NCBI GenBank assembly: GCA_965261975.1
Contig: CBDHEC010000047.1
Coordinates: forward strand, 78,986-142,985
Source of the DNA: Alphaproteobacteria bacterium
Lineage (GTDB): Bacteria > Pseudomonadota > Alphaproteobacteria > UBA6615
Direction of reading: 5' to 3'
Length of the DNA stretch: 64,000 nt
A program made the translations under genes and the position numbers. The notes beneath the pieces were generated by a model. That model was not told the origin of the DNA and did not search any database. It saw only the letters and a list, made by a program, of their open reading frames with translations. Positions 18,518 to 28,505 of this stretch are shown in pieces; the stretch's first letter is position 1, and each line of letters begins with the position of its first letter.

Positions 18518-19937
18518 TCTGGGCTTCCGCTCGATGTTCAGCCTGCACGAGCTTCCGGAAGCCCGCCGGAACTTGTGAAAATTCAAACTCAGAAAAGGCA
18601 TCTTGAAGGCGTTCCAGTTCCTCCCCCGCCAGAACTTTTTGCGGCGGGGAATTCACCGTGACCGGATCGACCGCGGATCCGTTATGGAGGACCTCGTAAT
18701 GCAGATTTGGTCCCGTCGCGAGACCTGTCGCACCCACATACCCGATTGTCTCGCCCTGTCGAACGCGATCGCCCGCATTCAGACCTGCGGCATATCGGCT
18801 TAGATGAGCGTAAGCCGTTGCGTAGTCGCCGGAATGTTCGATCTGCACATAGTTGCCGAAACCGCCATTCCGCTCGCGTTTCGATACAATGCCGTCCCCC
18901 GCGGCGACGACAATGGCGCCGAGGGGCGCGGAAAAGTCGAGACCCTTGTGCATCCGTGTAAAACCCAACATCGGATGGTCGCGTTTGCCGAAAAGCGATG
19001 AAAGTCGGCCGCTGTCGACCGGCGTTTTCAACAATGCGGTGTCCGCGCTACGACCATCGGAATCGAAGAATCCCGTATACCCGTCACGCGTCGTGTATCG
19101 AAGAAATTGCACAACCCCACTCGAGAGCCCTATGGACGTGAACAGGAGTTCACCGGGGTGTGTGCCCCCGGCGTCACCGTCGTCGAATTGTTCATACCCG
19201 AGTGCAAACTTGTCGCCTGCGCGGATATCTCGTTGGAAGTCCACTGCATGACCCAGCAGCCGATAGGCCTCCAGGATCACGGTCGAGGGGATGCCTTCGA
19301 TCCGAGCGGCCTCGTAGAGGTTCGTCGAAATCGTGCCTGCGGCCAACTCCACGTCAACCGTGTGTTGGATCGATTGCTCGGCTGCCTCAAACCGCTCGTC
19401 ATTTTGATGTTCAATGACGATCTTACGATCTGTTTCCGGCACAAAAGTTAGACGTCTGAGATGAAGATCGTCGCCGTTCTCGGTTCTCGCGCCGAGACCA
19501 GCCGTCAGCGCTTGCCCCGCTTTCAGCGTTCTGGGGTCGAACACCGATTCAAGTGCGAGACTGGCTGCGTAAGCTTCTTTGTGCGCTATTCCCTGTTCTG
19601 CGAGAGCGCCGAGCAATGTTCCGCCGTCTTCGATTGACAACTCGGCAATCCGGAGTTCACGGTCGTCGTTTGTGGTCGATGGTGCTTTTCCAAGAAAACC
19701 GGCAAGCGGATTGTCCAGGCTTGGAACGTGATCTCGGTCGAGAGTTTCATTCACCGCTTTGGGCTCATCGTCCGGAGGGAGATTGGAGAAGACCATGGAT
19801 GAGATCATGGCCATCAGGATGAAAACGCCAGATGCGGGTAACAGGATGAGATAACGGATGTGGCTCGAACTCCGGCGCGGGATAGGTGCCTCGGATTCCT
19901 CGACTTCAAGGTTCGTTCTTCTGCAGCACTTCGTCAT
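18510..19937 (-). CDS. M23 family peptidoglycan DD-endopeptidase (MepM-like)
   Basis: HKGLDF, YAHL, TGPNLHYEV; N-terminal TM. Confidence 0.88.
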   Translation of the reverse strand: MTKCCRRTNLEVEESEAPIPRRSSSHIRYLILLPASGVFILMAMISSMVFSNLPPDDEPKAVNETLDRDHVPSLDNPLAGFLGKAPSTTNDDRELRIAELSIEDGGTLLGALAEQGIAHKEAYAASLALESVFDPRTLKAGQALTAGLGARTENGDDLHLRRLTFVPETDRKIVIEHQNDERFEAAEQSIQHTVDVELAAGTISTNLYEAARIEGIPSTVILEAYRLLGHAVDFQRDIRAGDKFALGYEQFDDGDAGGTHPGELLFTSIGLSSGVVQFLRYTTRDGYTGFFDSDGRSADTALLKTPVDSGRLSSLFGKRDHPMLGFTRMHKGLDFSAPLGAIVVAAGDGIVSKRERNGGFGNYVQIEHSGDYATAYAHLSRYAAGLNAGDRVRQGETIGYVGATGLATGPNLHYEVLHNGSAVDPVTVNSPPQKVLAGEELERLQDAFSEFEFSQVPAGFRKLVQAEHRAEAQND

Positions 19938-21028
19938 GGTGTCCAGCTCAACCTGCTCAACAGCCCGATGAAGACCGACATCGCGAATACGGAAAACGTA
20001 AACGCGGCAATGCCCGCCGCCATTGACCGGTTCTTCGTGCGGGCCATGCTGACGAGTGCCTTGCCAGTCGTTGGATAGAGAAGCGCGGCCGAGTTTGAGG
20101 GCGACCAGCGGGTCCGCCTTGTTTCCAGCCGGGCTTCATGCCGTCCATACATCTGGATAACAATGAGAACCGCGACAAGACACATCATGCTGCTCGGAAT
20201 CCAGATAATAATGCCACCGATCTGCTCGTCTGTCAGGGGCGCCATGTCGTGAAGCCGACCGGGGATGTCATAAGCGGTATAGAGAATCCGTGATTTAAGC
20301 GCGGTGTATGAACCCAGGACGATATTCGAGAGGATGACAAGCACCAGCATCAAGACTCTCGCTCCGTGTCGTGTACCGTGTGGTGCTGATCTGCGCTCGA
20401 ATATCTTCAACCAAAAGAGAAGTCCGGCAGCAAACATACTGGCATGCATGGAATAATGAACACCGTTATCCAGGATCGCTCGGTTGTGAAAACTCGGAAT
20501 CTGCCAGAGGTACAACGCCGCAACAAAAAGGACTGTCACCGAAGCCGGGTGGGAGATGGCGCCGAAACTCCTGCGGCACAGGCGGTTGGAAGCAATGGGG
20601 GCTAAAAGGTTGCGACGAAGGATTCTAGGGGTCCCGGCGATCAGCGTCGCAGCTGGCCATGCCAATGCGATCAGCATCGGCCCGAGCATGCGCAGTAACA
20701 GGTGCTGAACCTGATGAACGTAGAAAAGTCTTTCGGCTACGGGATCGATAGGTGATTGCAGAGCTGCGACGAACGCTACGATACCTGCGAAAAATGAGGC
20801 GTGACGCCAACCCGAGATTGCTTCTCCGGTCCGTCCGTTACGGCGGCGCATGCCAATCAAGTATATTGCTGAGGTGGCCAAAACCGAGATCGACACACTG
20901 GCGCTTGGCTGCCACGCAAGCCAGATATCACCGTCGGTGAGAGCGTTTCCGTTATGCGCATATGCGGTCAGCGGCCGAAACGTCCAAAGGGTCGCCACCC
21001 CGAGTGTGATTGCTGTCTTGCGAATCAC
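19934..21028 (-). CDS. Cytochrome c oxidase assembly protein (Caa3 CtaG family)
   Basis: SPIDP..LFYVHQVQHLLL, DEQIGGIIIWIP; start approximate. Confidence 0.8.
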   Translation of the reverse strand: MIRKTAITLGVATLWTFRPLTAYAHNGNALTDGDIWLAWQPSASVSISVLATSAIYLIGMRRRNGRTGEAISGWRHASFFAGIVAFVAALQSPIDPVAERLFYVHQVQHLLLRMLGPMLIALAWPAATLIAGTPRILRRNLLAPIASNRLCRRSFGAISHPASVTVLFVAALYLWQIPSFHNRAILDNGVHYSMHASMFAAGLLFWLKIFERRSAPHGTRHGARVLMLVLVILSNIVLGSYTALKSRILYTAYDIPGRLHDMAPLTDEQIGGIIIWIPSSMMCLVAVLIVIQMYGRHEARLETRRTRWSPSNSAALLYPTTGKALVSMARTKNRSMAAGIAAFTFSVFAMSVFIGLLSRLSWTP

Positions 21029-21287
21029 GATTGCCCCGCAAACACAGCTGACCTCTGGTCGATAAAGCAAAACTCGTAGGGTGCGTCTGCGCCGCGCACT
21101 CGCTGCGGATGGTATTCGACAGCCTGAGATGCCGTTTCTGCTCCGGCCCCTTTACGGCGTGCCTCGGACTGTCGGAAGCCTTTTCGGTCGCCTGGTTTCT
21201 CGATAGGCAGTCTCGTACAGGGTTTTGCAAGTCCGGTCGGAGTCAAAGGGCCGAAGAGCCCGCCCCCGCGCGCCACTGAAATTTTCA

Positions 21288-21794
21288 CTAGTGCCCCGCT
21301 TCGGATTCGATCACGACTGTCACATCGAGCGTTCCCGCGCTGCCGAAATCCAGCGTCAAATCAAAAGAATCTCCCTCGCCGAGGGGACGTTTCAGACCTG
21401 TTACCCAGAGGTGTTCGCGCCAGGGCGCCAAAGCGAACGGCCGTCCGGGTTCGAATTTGATCGCTTCCGGCCACCGAACCGATCCGTTCTTGGCCTTGCG
21501 AATACGCACTGTGCCGGCGACTGAAGTTGTCGCTCCGACAAGGCTTACGGGCTTGCTGCTGCTGTTCAGAACGCCCGCGTATATGGGGATGTTCCCGCTT
21601 CCATCGACAGGCTGCGGCGCCCATATATGGCCGACGGCGAGATCACCGAGTTCATAACTGTGCGCCGACGTGGCCGTTGGGTTGAAAACGAAAAGCAATG
21701 CCGCCGCGAACCCGCTCAGCCGTGATATTATGCAGGACCGGCTTTCGGACAAGCTGTTTCTGGAACGAGCTACAGGGTTCCCATGTGAGATCAT
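21288..21794 (-). CDS. PCu(A)C-like periplasmic chaperone with degenerate ligand set
   Basis: AHSYELGDL.V..W, LVGATTSVAGTV, L.EGDSFDLTLDF; lacks canonical H-x10-M and HxM Met. Confidence 0.7.
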   Translation of the reverse strand: MISHGNPVARSRNSLSESRSCIISRLSGFAAALLFVFNPTATSAHSYELGDLAVGHIWAPQPVDGSGNIPIYAGVLNSSSKPVSLVGATTSVAGTVRIRKAKNGSVRWPEAIKFEPGRPFALAPWREHLWVTGLKRPLGEGDSFDLTLDFGSAGTLDVTVVIESEAGH

Positions 21795-22255
21795 TGTCCA
21801 GGGCCCCGGGAACCGGGCCCCATGACCGGCACCGTGAGTTCGACCCGCTCGCCGTTCGAAAAACGCACCGCCAGGGGAAACTCGCCCCCCCTGACGATCG
21901 GCTGTCTGAGGTTCATCAACATCACGTGGAGACCACCAGGCGCCAGGGTTACGCTGCCGCCGGCTGGAATTTCGACATCCCCCGCAGATTGCATGCTCAG
22001 TACGCCACCGTCTTGTATGATTCGGTGGATTTCCGCGCGTCCCGCGACGGGCGTTTCCACCCCAACGATCCATACCGCTTCGCGCCCGTTGTTCTGGACG
22101 GTCAAATAGGCTGCGGAAGGCCGCGAGGTGCCGATTGAGGCGCGCGCCCATGGCTGGACTATTTGAACGGCATTCTGTTCCTGCGCGGTGACGGTAACCG
22201 GCACGAACCCGAAACCGACTATCAGCAGGGCCGCGGCAAGCAATCTGACAGTCAT
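21791..22255 (-). CDS. Copper chaperone PCu(A)C
   Basis: PWARAS, AAYLTV.N, EIH-x10-M, LAPGGLHVML. Confidence 0.88.
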   Translation of the reverse strand: MTVRLLAAALLIVGFGFVPVTVTAQEQNAVQIVQPWARASIGTSRPSAAYLTVQNNGREAVWIVGVETPVAGRAEIHRIIQDGGVLSMQSAGDVEIPAGGSVTLAPGGLHVMLMNLRQPIVRGGEFPLAVRFSNGERVELTVPVMGPGSRGPGQ

Positions 22256-22974
22256 TCTCTTTCTCCATCGGGTCGACCCAGGGTCGAGAGCGCCAATCGG
22301 ATCGTCGAGACCATTTCGTCTGCCGACGAACCGAAACTGAAATGTGTCAGATAGTCATTGTCCGGCGACATCAGGTAGGTCTGTCCCTGGTGACTTACGA
22401 GGTAATCGTCGCCCTTCGGCTCGGTTCGGTCGCGCTGCGTGGGGTCGCTTTCAAAGTAGGCGTCGACACTGGTCTTCTCGTAGAAGATCCGGTACGCCTC
22501 GGCGACCGTGGCGATCTGTTCCGCCGAGCCGGTCAAACCTATGATCCGGGGGTCGAACGCGGCCACATACTCGGCCATCAAATCCGGCGTGTCGCGTTCG
22601 GGATCGATGCTGATGAACAAGGGCCAAACGGTCTTGGCGTCTGTACCGAGCATGTCCAGCGCGACTGAGATGTCGCCCAGCGTCGTGGGGCAGACGTCGG
22701 GACAATTGGTGAACCCGAAGAAAACGAGAAGATACTTGCCCGCAAATTCCTCATCCGTGACCGTGCGGCCTTCGTGGTCGACAAGTGTAAACGGACCGCC
22801 GATGGGCACGGTGCCGGGCGGTGCGAACCGGTCCGACGCACCTGCGTCGACCGCGGTTTGCGGGCCTCTATCCTTCAAAAGGTGCAGGGTACTGAATGCC
22901 AGCCCGAGCAACGCGGCGGTGGCGGCGATGATGAGCAGGGTCGGGCGGATATGCTGTCGCACAGGCAAGATCAA
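22252..22974 (-). CDS. SCO family copper chaperone
   Basis: GGPFTLVD, FGFTNCPDVCP, IDPERD, YLVSH. Confidence 0.92.
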   Translation of the reverse strand: MILPVRQHIRPTLLIIAATAALLGLAFSTLHLLKDRGPQTAVDAGASDRFAPPGTVPIGGPFTLVDHEGRTVTDEEFAGKYLLVFFGFTNCPDVCPTTLGDISVALDMLGTDAKTVWPLFISIDPERDTPDLMAEYVAAFDPRIIGLTGSAEQIATVAEAYRIFYEKTSVDAYFESDPTQRDRTEPKGDDYLVSHQGQTYLMSPDNDYLTHFSFGSSADEMVSTIRLALSTLGRPDGERE

Positions 22975-23147
22975 AACCTTTTTTCGATGCCGTTTGGCAA
23001 GCCGATGATTTCCGCGTTGTGCAAGGCATCCACGCGCGTGTTTCTATCTCGTCGCCAGCAAACGTATGAAGGCTGATTTACTGGTAGCAGCACGGACTGG
23101 GGACGCATCGATATGGTGCGTTAACCGGGTGGATCGTCCCATGTGAC

Positions 23148-23819
23148 CTACTGACGCGATTTCGTTCGCGCCGCTGCCACTTCGGCATCGACGAACTCAA
23201 CGAGTTGGCGCTGACCGAATTCCGGCAGTGGCTTTCCGTTCACAAAGAATGTGGGTGTGCCCCTGACCCCGACGGATTTTACGTCCGCCATGTCTTGCAG
23301 AACAATTGACGTAATGTCGGGCAGTTGCATGAATTTTCGCGCTTTTTCGAGATCGAGCCCGGCGGCGGCGGCAGCTTGATAAGCCAGTTCTATTTGCGGG
23401 GATCCATGACGTGCCCATCTTGGCTGTGTCTCGAGAATGGCTTCCAGGACAGGTTCGTAAACATTCTGCAGCCGTGCCGTCTCAAGCAATCGGACAACTT
23501 CCTCTGAACTTGCGTGGAAGGGTGTGTAGCGGATTACGACCCTTACTTCCTCGGGATACTTCGCCAGAATTCCCTTCACTGTGGGGTGAAATGCCCGACA
23601 CGATTCGCACGCGGGATCGAAGAACTCCACAACTGTCACGGGCGCGTCCGCGGGGCCGAAGCTGGGAGAGTAGGAGCGCTCGAGAACGCTCTCCTCGGAA
23701 ACCGCCTCCGCCGTTAAATCGGGAGCGATCGGCGGCGGGCGTTGAAAAACCAGCGCGCTGGCCGCGAAGCCGCCAAGAGCGACGGCGGCGATCGCGATGA
23801 CGAGGTTGCGTGTGTTCAC
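23148..23819 (-). CDS. DsbA family thiol-disulfide oxidoreductase
   Basis: VEFFDPACESC, GTPTFFVNG; GTG start overlapping dsbB stop. Confidence 0.85.
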   Translation of the reverse strand: MNTRNLVIAIAAVALGGFAASALVFQRPPPIAPDLTAEAVSEESVLERSYSPSFGPADAPVTVVEFFDPACESCRAFHPTVKGILAKYPEEVRVVIRYTPFHASSEEVVRLLETARLQNVYEPVLEAILETQPRWARHGSPQIELAYQAAAAAGLDLEKARKFMQLPDITSIVLQDMADVKSVGVRGTPTFFVNGKPLPEFGQRQLVEFVDAEVAAARTKSRQ

Positions 23820-24256
23820 GATGTTGTTCTCCTTTGTACGCCCCAGAGAAGCGAGGCAATGGCGATGAAGGCAGCAAGAGAGAGGTACGGGATGGGCACG
23901 CCGCCGAATATGGTCATTCCGGTGTCGGTGCATGATGGGCCTGTGCCGCAAGGCACGAGGGGGGTGGGAATCACTCCGGCATAAAGCGCCGAATGATAGG
24001 CCGCTATGAGTCCGCCAATCGCCGCCAGCGGCAGTGCGTAGCGCCAGACGGCAAATTCCATCCGGTAAGAGGCAACACCGAGAACAACGGCGAGCGGGAA
24101 CATGAAAGCCCTCTGGTACCAGCAAAGAACGCAGGGTGTCTGACCCAACACTTCGCCGATAAACAGTGCGCCGAGACTGGAAACCAGTGCAATCACCCAC
24201 GCCCCCAACAGAATGCCGGAACAGACCGTCCCTGGCCTTGACTCGCTTTCGGTCAT
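23816..24256 (-). CDS. dsbB: Disulfide bond formation protein B (BdbC-type)
   Basis: PCVLCWYQR, second Cys pair PCGTGPSC. Confidence 0.85.
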   Translation of the reverse strand: MTESESRPGTVCSGILLGAWVIALVSSLGALFIGEVLGQTPCVLCWYQRAFMFPLAVVLGVASYRMEFAVWRYALPLAAIGGLIAAYHSALYAGVIPTPLVPCGTGPSCTDTGMTIFGGVPIPYLSLAAFIAIASLLWGVQRRTTS

Positions 24257-24289
24257 CGTATCGACGCCTTCCTCAGAATTGTTCGGGTC

Positions 24290-26653
24290 TTAACCGGCCA
24301 ACCGGCTGGAGCTGTTCGACGCTGCGCGCATGGATGGGGGCTTCCCTTCAGATGTCACACATCGCGGTGCGCCGGTTCCCGCGCGCGCCTTCAATAGCCT
24401 CAAGGCGTTCGCAACGACAAGCAGCGAGGCACCGACGTCCGCGGCGATCGCACCCCAAAGCGATGCGAAGCCCGCAAATGTCAGGATGACGAACAATGCC
24501 TTGACCCCGAGTGAGAATGCGATGTTTTGCCGGATTATCGACAGCGTGTGTCGGGAGTGACTCACGAGCCAGGCGAGCTTTGCCAGGTCGTCCGTCATGA
24601 GCGCGATGTCTGCAGTTTCTATGGCCGCGTCCGAGCCTGCGGCTCCCATGGCGACGCCGAAGCTGGCGCGCGCCATCGCGGGTGCATCGTTCACACCGTC
24701 CCCTATCATGGCGACGGTTCCATATCTCTCGACGAGTGCGTCGATCATGGAGACCTTATCTTCCGGCAGAAGCTCGGCGTGGACCTCATCGAGATCCAGG
24801 TCCTGGGCAATAGCTTCAGCGGTTAGCTTGTTGTCGCCCGTTAGCATGACCAGATGCTCGATTCCGGCGCGGCGAAGCGCATCGAGCGACTGTCGCGCGC
24901 CGGGTCGCAACGTGTCCGAGATTGCGATCAGACCGCAAACGTGTCGGTCGTTGCCAACGGCGACCACGGTGTTACCTGCCCGCTCCAATGTGTTGACCCG
25001 GGCCTGGATCTCGTCGATGTTCAGGTTGCGTTCGACGAGGTAACGGTTCGAACCGAGCCAGAAGAACTCGCCGCCGAAAACGCCGTTTACGCCTTTGCCC
25101 TTGATTGTCTGTACGTCGGTTGCCGGGTGCACCTTTATTCCCCGTTCGATCGCGCTATCGATTACCGCGCGTGCCAGCGGATGCTGGCTTCGCGCTTCCA
25201 GTGCAGCGGCGCGCTCCAGGACAGACTCTTCCGTGTGTCCGTACAGCGGGATGACATTCGTGACAACGGGCTGGCCTCGCGTGAGCGTTCCGGTCTTGTC
25301 GAACGCGAGCGCCTTCGTGTGCGCGGGCAGTTCGACGTACACTCCGCCCTTGATCAACACGCCGCTGCGAGCTGCCGCCGCCAGTGCGGATACGATACTG
25401 ACGGGCGTCGAGATGACCAGCGCACAGGGACAAGCGATGACGAGCAGCACGAGCGACCTGTAGAGCCACTCGCTCCAGTCGGCGCCGAACACGACCGGCG
25501 GAATCAACAGAACGGCAATCGATGCAAGAATGACGAGAGGCGTGTAAACGCGCGCGAACTTCTCGACCCACTGCTCCGCATTTGCGCGGCGGCCCTGCGC
25601 GTCCTCGACCATGCGAATAATTCTGGCAATGGTCGTTTCTTCCGCGCGCTTCGTGCTCTCGACCTCGAGCGCGCCATCCCCGTTGATCGTGCCGGCAAAA
25701 ACGCCGTCGCCCAACTCCTTCGCAACGGGAATGCTTTCGCCCGTGATCGGTGCCTGGTCGACACTGCTCGATCCGCCAACGATTTGTCCGTCGAGGGGTA
25801 TGCGCTCGCCCGGCTTGACGATGAACAGGGCTCCAACCGGGACGTCGGCAGCCCTGACCTCTTTCTCGCTCCCGTCGGCCTGCTTTACGCGCACCGTTGT
25901 CGGCGCTAGGTCCAGCAGCGCGGAAATCGCACGCCGCGCCCGCGCGATGCTCCATCCCTCGAGCGTGAGGGATAGCGAAAACAGGAAGGCAACGGCGGCA
26001 CCCTCGAACCACTCCCCGATTCCGATCGCGCCCGCAACCGCGATGACCATGAGCAGGTTGATGTCGGGCCGCAGTCGCGTCGCGGCGTGCCATGCCTTTG
26101 GCAGAACGAAGAGCACGCCGAAACCGATGGCCAGCGCGTAAGCGACGATTTCCAAAGGGGGCACTGACTGGCCACCGTGGCCGGAAAAGAGTTGAAAACC
26201 TTCCGATAACCCGCCCGCGTGCCAGAAATGAAAGGCTATTCCCTTCAGCACCCCGATACCGCTCAATGCAGTGAAGAATGTTCGATAGCGCTGATGGCTG
26301 TTTTCCGACCCCTGGTTATCCGAGACCGTTCCCTGTTCCTCGGCTGTCAGTCCTGCGCGGGTGACCGCCTTCTTCACATCGCTGGCGGAAACGGGCGACG
26401 CATTATCGAGAACGGCCATTTCGCCTCTGATCAAATTGAAAGCCAGTTTGTCCGCGCCACCCGCCAGCGGCCCCACCTCTCGTTCGAGAGCGGTTATCTC
26501 CGCCGCGCAATCGAGGCCATGGACCTTGAATCGAAAGCGTACGCCGTCCTGACTGGGGAATTCAGACGCAGATGCGGTGTCCGACTCCCCCGGGGTTAGC
26601 ATTGTCTGGTCGTGCGGCTGGCGGTCGGACATCATGATTCCTGTATCGATCAA
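24290..26653 (-). CDS. Zn/Cd/Pb-transporting P1B-2 ATPase (ZntA/CadA-like)
   Basis: [29 protein letters not shown] Lys (GVKA) and ADVG. Confidence 0.9.
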   Translation of the reverse strand: MIDTGIMMSDRQPHDQTMLTPGESDTASASEFPSQDGVRFRFKVHGLDCAAEITALEREVGPLAGGADKLAFNLIRGEMAVLDNASPVSASDVKKAVTRAGLTAEEQGTVSDNQGSENSHQRYRTFFTALSGIGVLKGIAFHFWHAGGLSEGFQLFSGHGGQSVPPLEIVAYALAIGFGVLFVLPKAWHAATRLRPDINLLMVIAVAGAIGIGEWFEGAAVAFLFSLSLTLEGWSIARARRAISALLDLAPTTVRVKQADGSEKEVRAADVPVGALFIVKPGERIPLDGQIVGGSSSVDQAPITGESIPVAKELGDGVFAGTINGDGALEVESTKRAEETTIARIIRMVEDAQGRRANAEQWVEKFARVYTPLVILASIAVLLIPPVVFGADWSEWLYRSLVLLVIACPCALVISTPVSIVSALAAAARSGVLIKGGVYVELPAHTKALAFDKTGTLTRGQPVVTNVIPLYGHTEESVLERAAALEARSQHPLARAVIDSAIERGIKVHPATDVQTIKGKGVNGVFGGEFFWLGSNRYLVERNLNIDEIQARVNTLERAGNTVVAVGNDRHVCGLIAISDTLRPGARQSLDALRRAGIEHLVMLTGDNKLTAEAIAQDLDLDEVHAELLPEDKVSMIDALVERYGTVAMIGDGVNDAPAMARASFGVAMGAAGSDAAIETADIALMTDDLAKLAWLVSHSRHTLSIIRQNIAFSLGVKALFVILTFAGFASLWGAIAADVGASLLVVANALRLLKARAGTGAPRCVTSEGKPPSMRAASNSSSRLAG

Positions 26654-26677
26654 CGGGCTCGAACCCGAATGCGCGTG

Positions 26678-26708
26678 AGTGTAGAATCTACAGCCACTGG
26701 AGCTTCAA
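26678..26708 (-). promoter_or_regulatory. MerR-type promoter TTGAAG-19bp-TACACT with CTCCAGTGGCTGTAG dyad
   Basis: 19-bp spacer with internal dyad, upstream of the ATPase. Confidence 0.8.
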
Positions 26709-26774
26709 GGGGTTTCTTGATACGGTAATTGCGCTGCTTCGGCGCACGCATCAGCGGAGAGAAAGGAACCGGCA

Positions 26775-27218
26775 ATGGCCCTCAACACGAACCTGTCGAT
26801 CGGAGATCTTTCGCGGCACACCGGCTGCAAGGTTCAGACGATCCGATACTATGAGGATGTCGGGCTTATGCCGAGACCGCGCCGCACGGCTGGCAATCAG
26901 CGCCGATATGCCTCAGGAGATGCAGACCGCCTTGCTTTCATTCGGCACGCCCGCGAGCTGGGTTTCGATTTGGCGGCGATACGCGAGCTGTTGGATCTAT
27001 CGGATGCGCCCGACAAACCCTGCGAAACCGCCGACACAATCGCGCGCACTCAACTGCGGCACATCGACAGCCGACTTACCCGCCTACGGGCGCTCCGAAA
27101 GGAACTGAAACGAATGATCGACGATTGCGAAGGCGATCGCGTCGCGAGCTGTCGGGTCATCCAGATACTTGCAGATCATTCGGAGTGTTTGAGCGACGAC
27201 CACCAGGCGCCGCATTGA
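26775..27218 (+). CDS. MerR family Zn/Cd/Pb-responsive regulator (ZntR/CadR/PbrR-like)
   Basis: TIRYYE HTH; three Cys (PCET, DCEGDRVASC). Confidence 0.88.
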   Translation: MALNTNLSIGDLSRHTGCKVQTIRYYEDVGLMPRPRRTAGNQRRYASGDADRLAFIRHARELGFDLAAIRELLDLSDAPDKPCETADTIARTQLRHIDSRLTRLRALRKELKRMIDDCEGDRVASCRVIQILADHSECLSDDHQAPH

Positions 27219-27314
27219 CAACGAGGCCGGTCGCGGCTCGGAAACGCCCTCCGCGGTGAGCGCCTAGCTCGTTTGAGCTGCGCTCCCTGGGGTGTTCTTG
27301 CCTTACTTCGGTTC

Positions 27315-28317
27315 CTATTTGTGAATCGAACCTTCGGGGAAAAAGGCGTTGAAGGCGAAGGCGAATGTCACGTCGTGAACGGCGTCGACGAGCGAACCGT
27401 TTTCCCGGCGCTGGACCACAATATTTCCGATATCGCGACCTTGCGAAATATTTCGCGCGTCCATCGCGGCGTTCTGACCCGGTTCCCAGGTTATCACCAG
27501 CTCCTCGGTTTTCGATCCGCTTTTGCTTTTGTAGCAGGTCGAGTGACCAAGCCTGATCGTCGACCGCGACGACATAGGCGAGCGGGGCGATTCCTTCGGG
27601 GAAGCTGCCGCGGAACAGGAACGGCTTCGAAGCTGAGTCGTAGCCCGCATACGGATTGAATCCGGGTCCGCCGCGCGGGCTCAACAGGACCTCGCCATCG
27701 GGGAACCGTTCCTTGAACCTGTCGAACGATTCCGTACGGGACGGCAGAAAGTCGAGTTCGACCCCGGTCATTTCACCAACGATGGCCTGGCCCGTGAACT
27801 GCAACCACCAGCTCTCCGTCTGCCGGTCCCACATTACGAGGTTCGAGTTGTAGAGTTTGCCCGAAACCCCGAACTCGTGAACCTTGCCGTCGATGGTCCG
27901 GTCGAACACAAAGGCGGAATTGCACAGCGGACACCAGGTCACCGCAATCGGCATGCCACCCAGCACATCGTTCACGATCTCATGGGTCATGAGGACGCCG
28001 AGCGCATAGGCGCGCGCCTCGCCGTTGATGCTGATCGTGATCATCGGCTCGGTACCGACATAGAGTCGGTCCACCTCCTCGATCGAGGCGAAACGCGGAT
28101 TGTAGATCGGCGGAATGCCGTCCTTCGGAACGCCGCCAGAGAAAATACTCTCAAGCGGCACACTGGATTTCGAGAAGTCTGTCTTCGGCCATTCCAGCTG
28201 CCAGAAAGCAGGGTTCGCCTGACCGCTCATCGAAACTGCGAGAAAGAGGATGCCTGCGGCGAGCACGGTGGCGACGCGGACCCGTTTCTGTGTCGTAAGT
28301 ATCGGCATGAGAAACAT
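27315..28317 (-). pseudogene. DUF3179 family exported protein with +1 frameshift near 27509-27512
   Basis: SGGVPKDGIP, HEIVND, TWCPLCNS, GVSGKL..SNLVMWDRQTES; conserved tail ..DVTFAFAFNAFFP is in another frame. Confidence 0.75.
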
Positions 28318-28505
28318 CCTTCATTATTCCCGGAACAGATGGAAGGTGCGTTTTCAGCGAAATCCTCTCACTCTGGGAATGAAGGCAAAAATCAACTGCA
28401 ATCACATTTCACGGAGCGATGTCATCTGTGGCGTCCGGGCTGCCCGTCGCACGGGCTTGCCGTTTCCTACCATGGAGCCACTGTAGATATGTTTGAAGTC
28501 TCGAA

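Noticed and set aside
28457-28490. Third Zn/Cd MerR dyad (CTACAGTGGCTCC)
   Set aside because: Only a half-site matches, with no -35/-10 at 19 bp.
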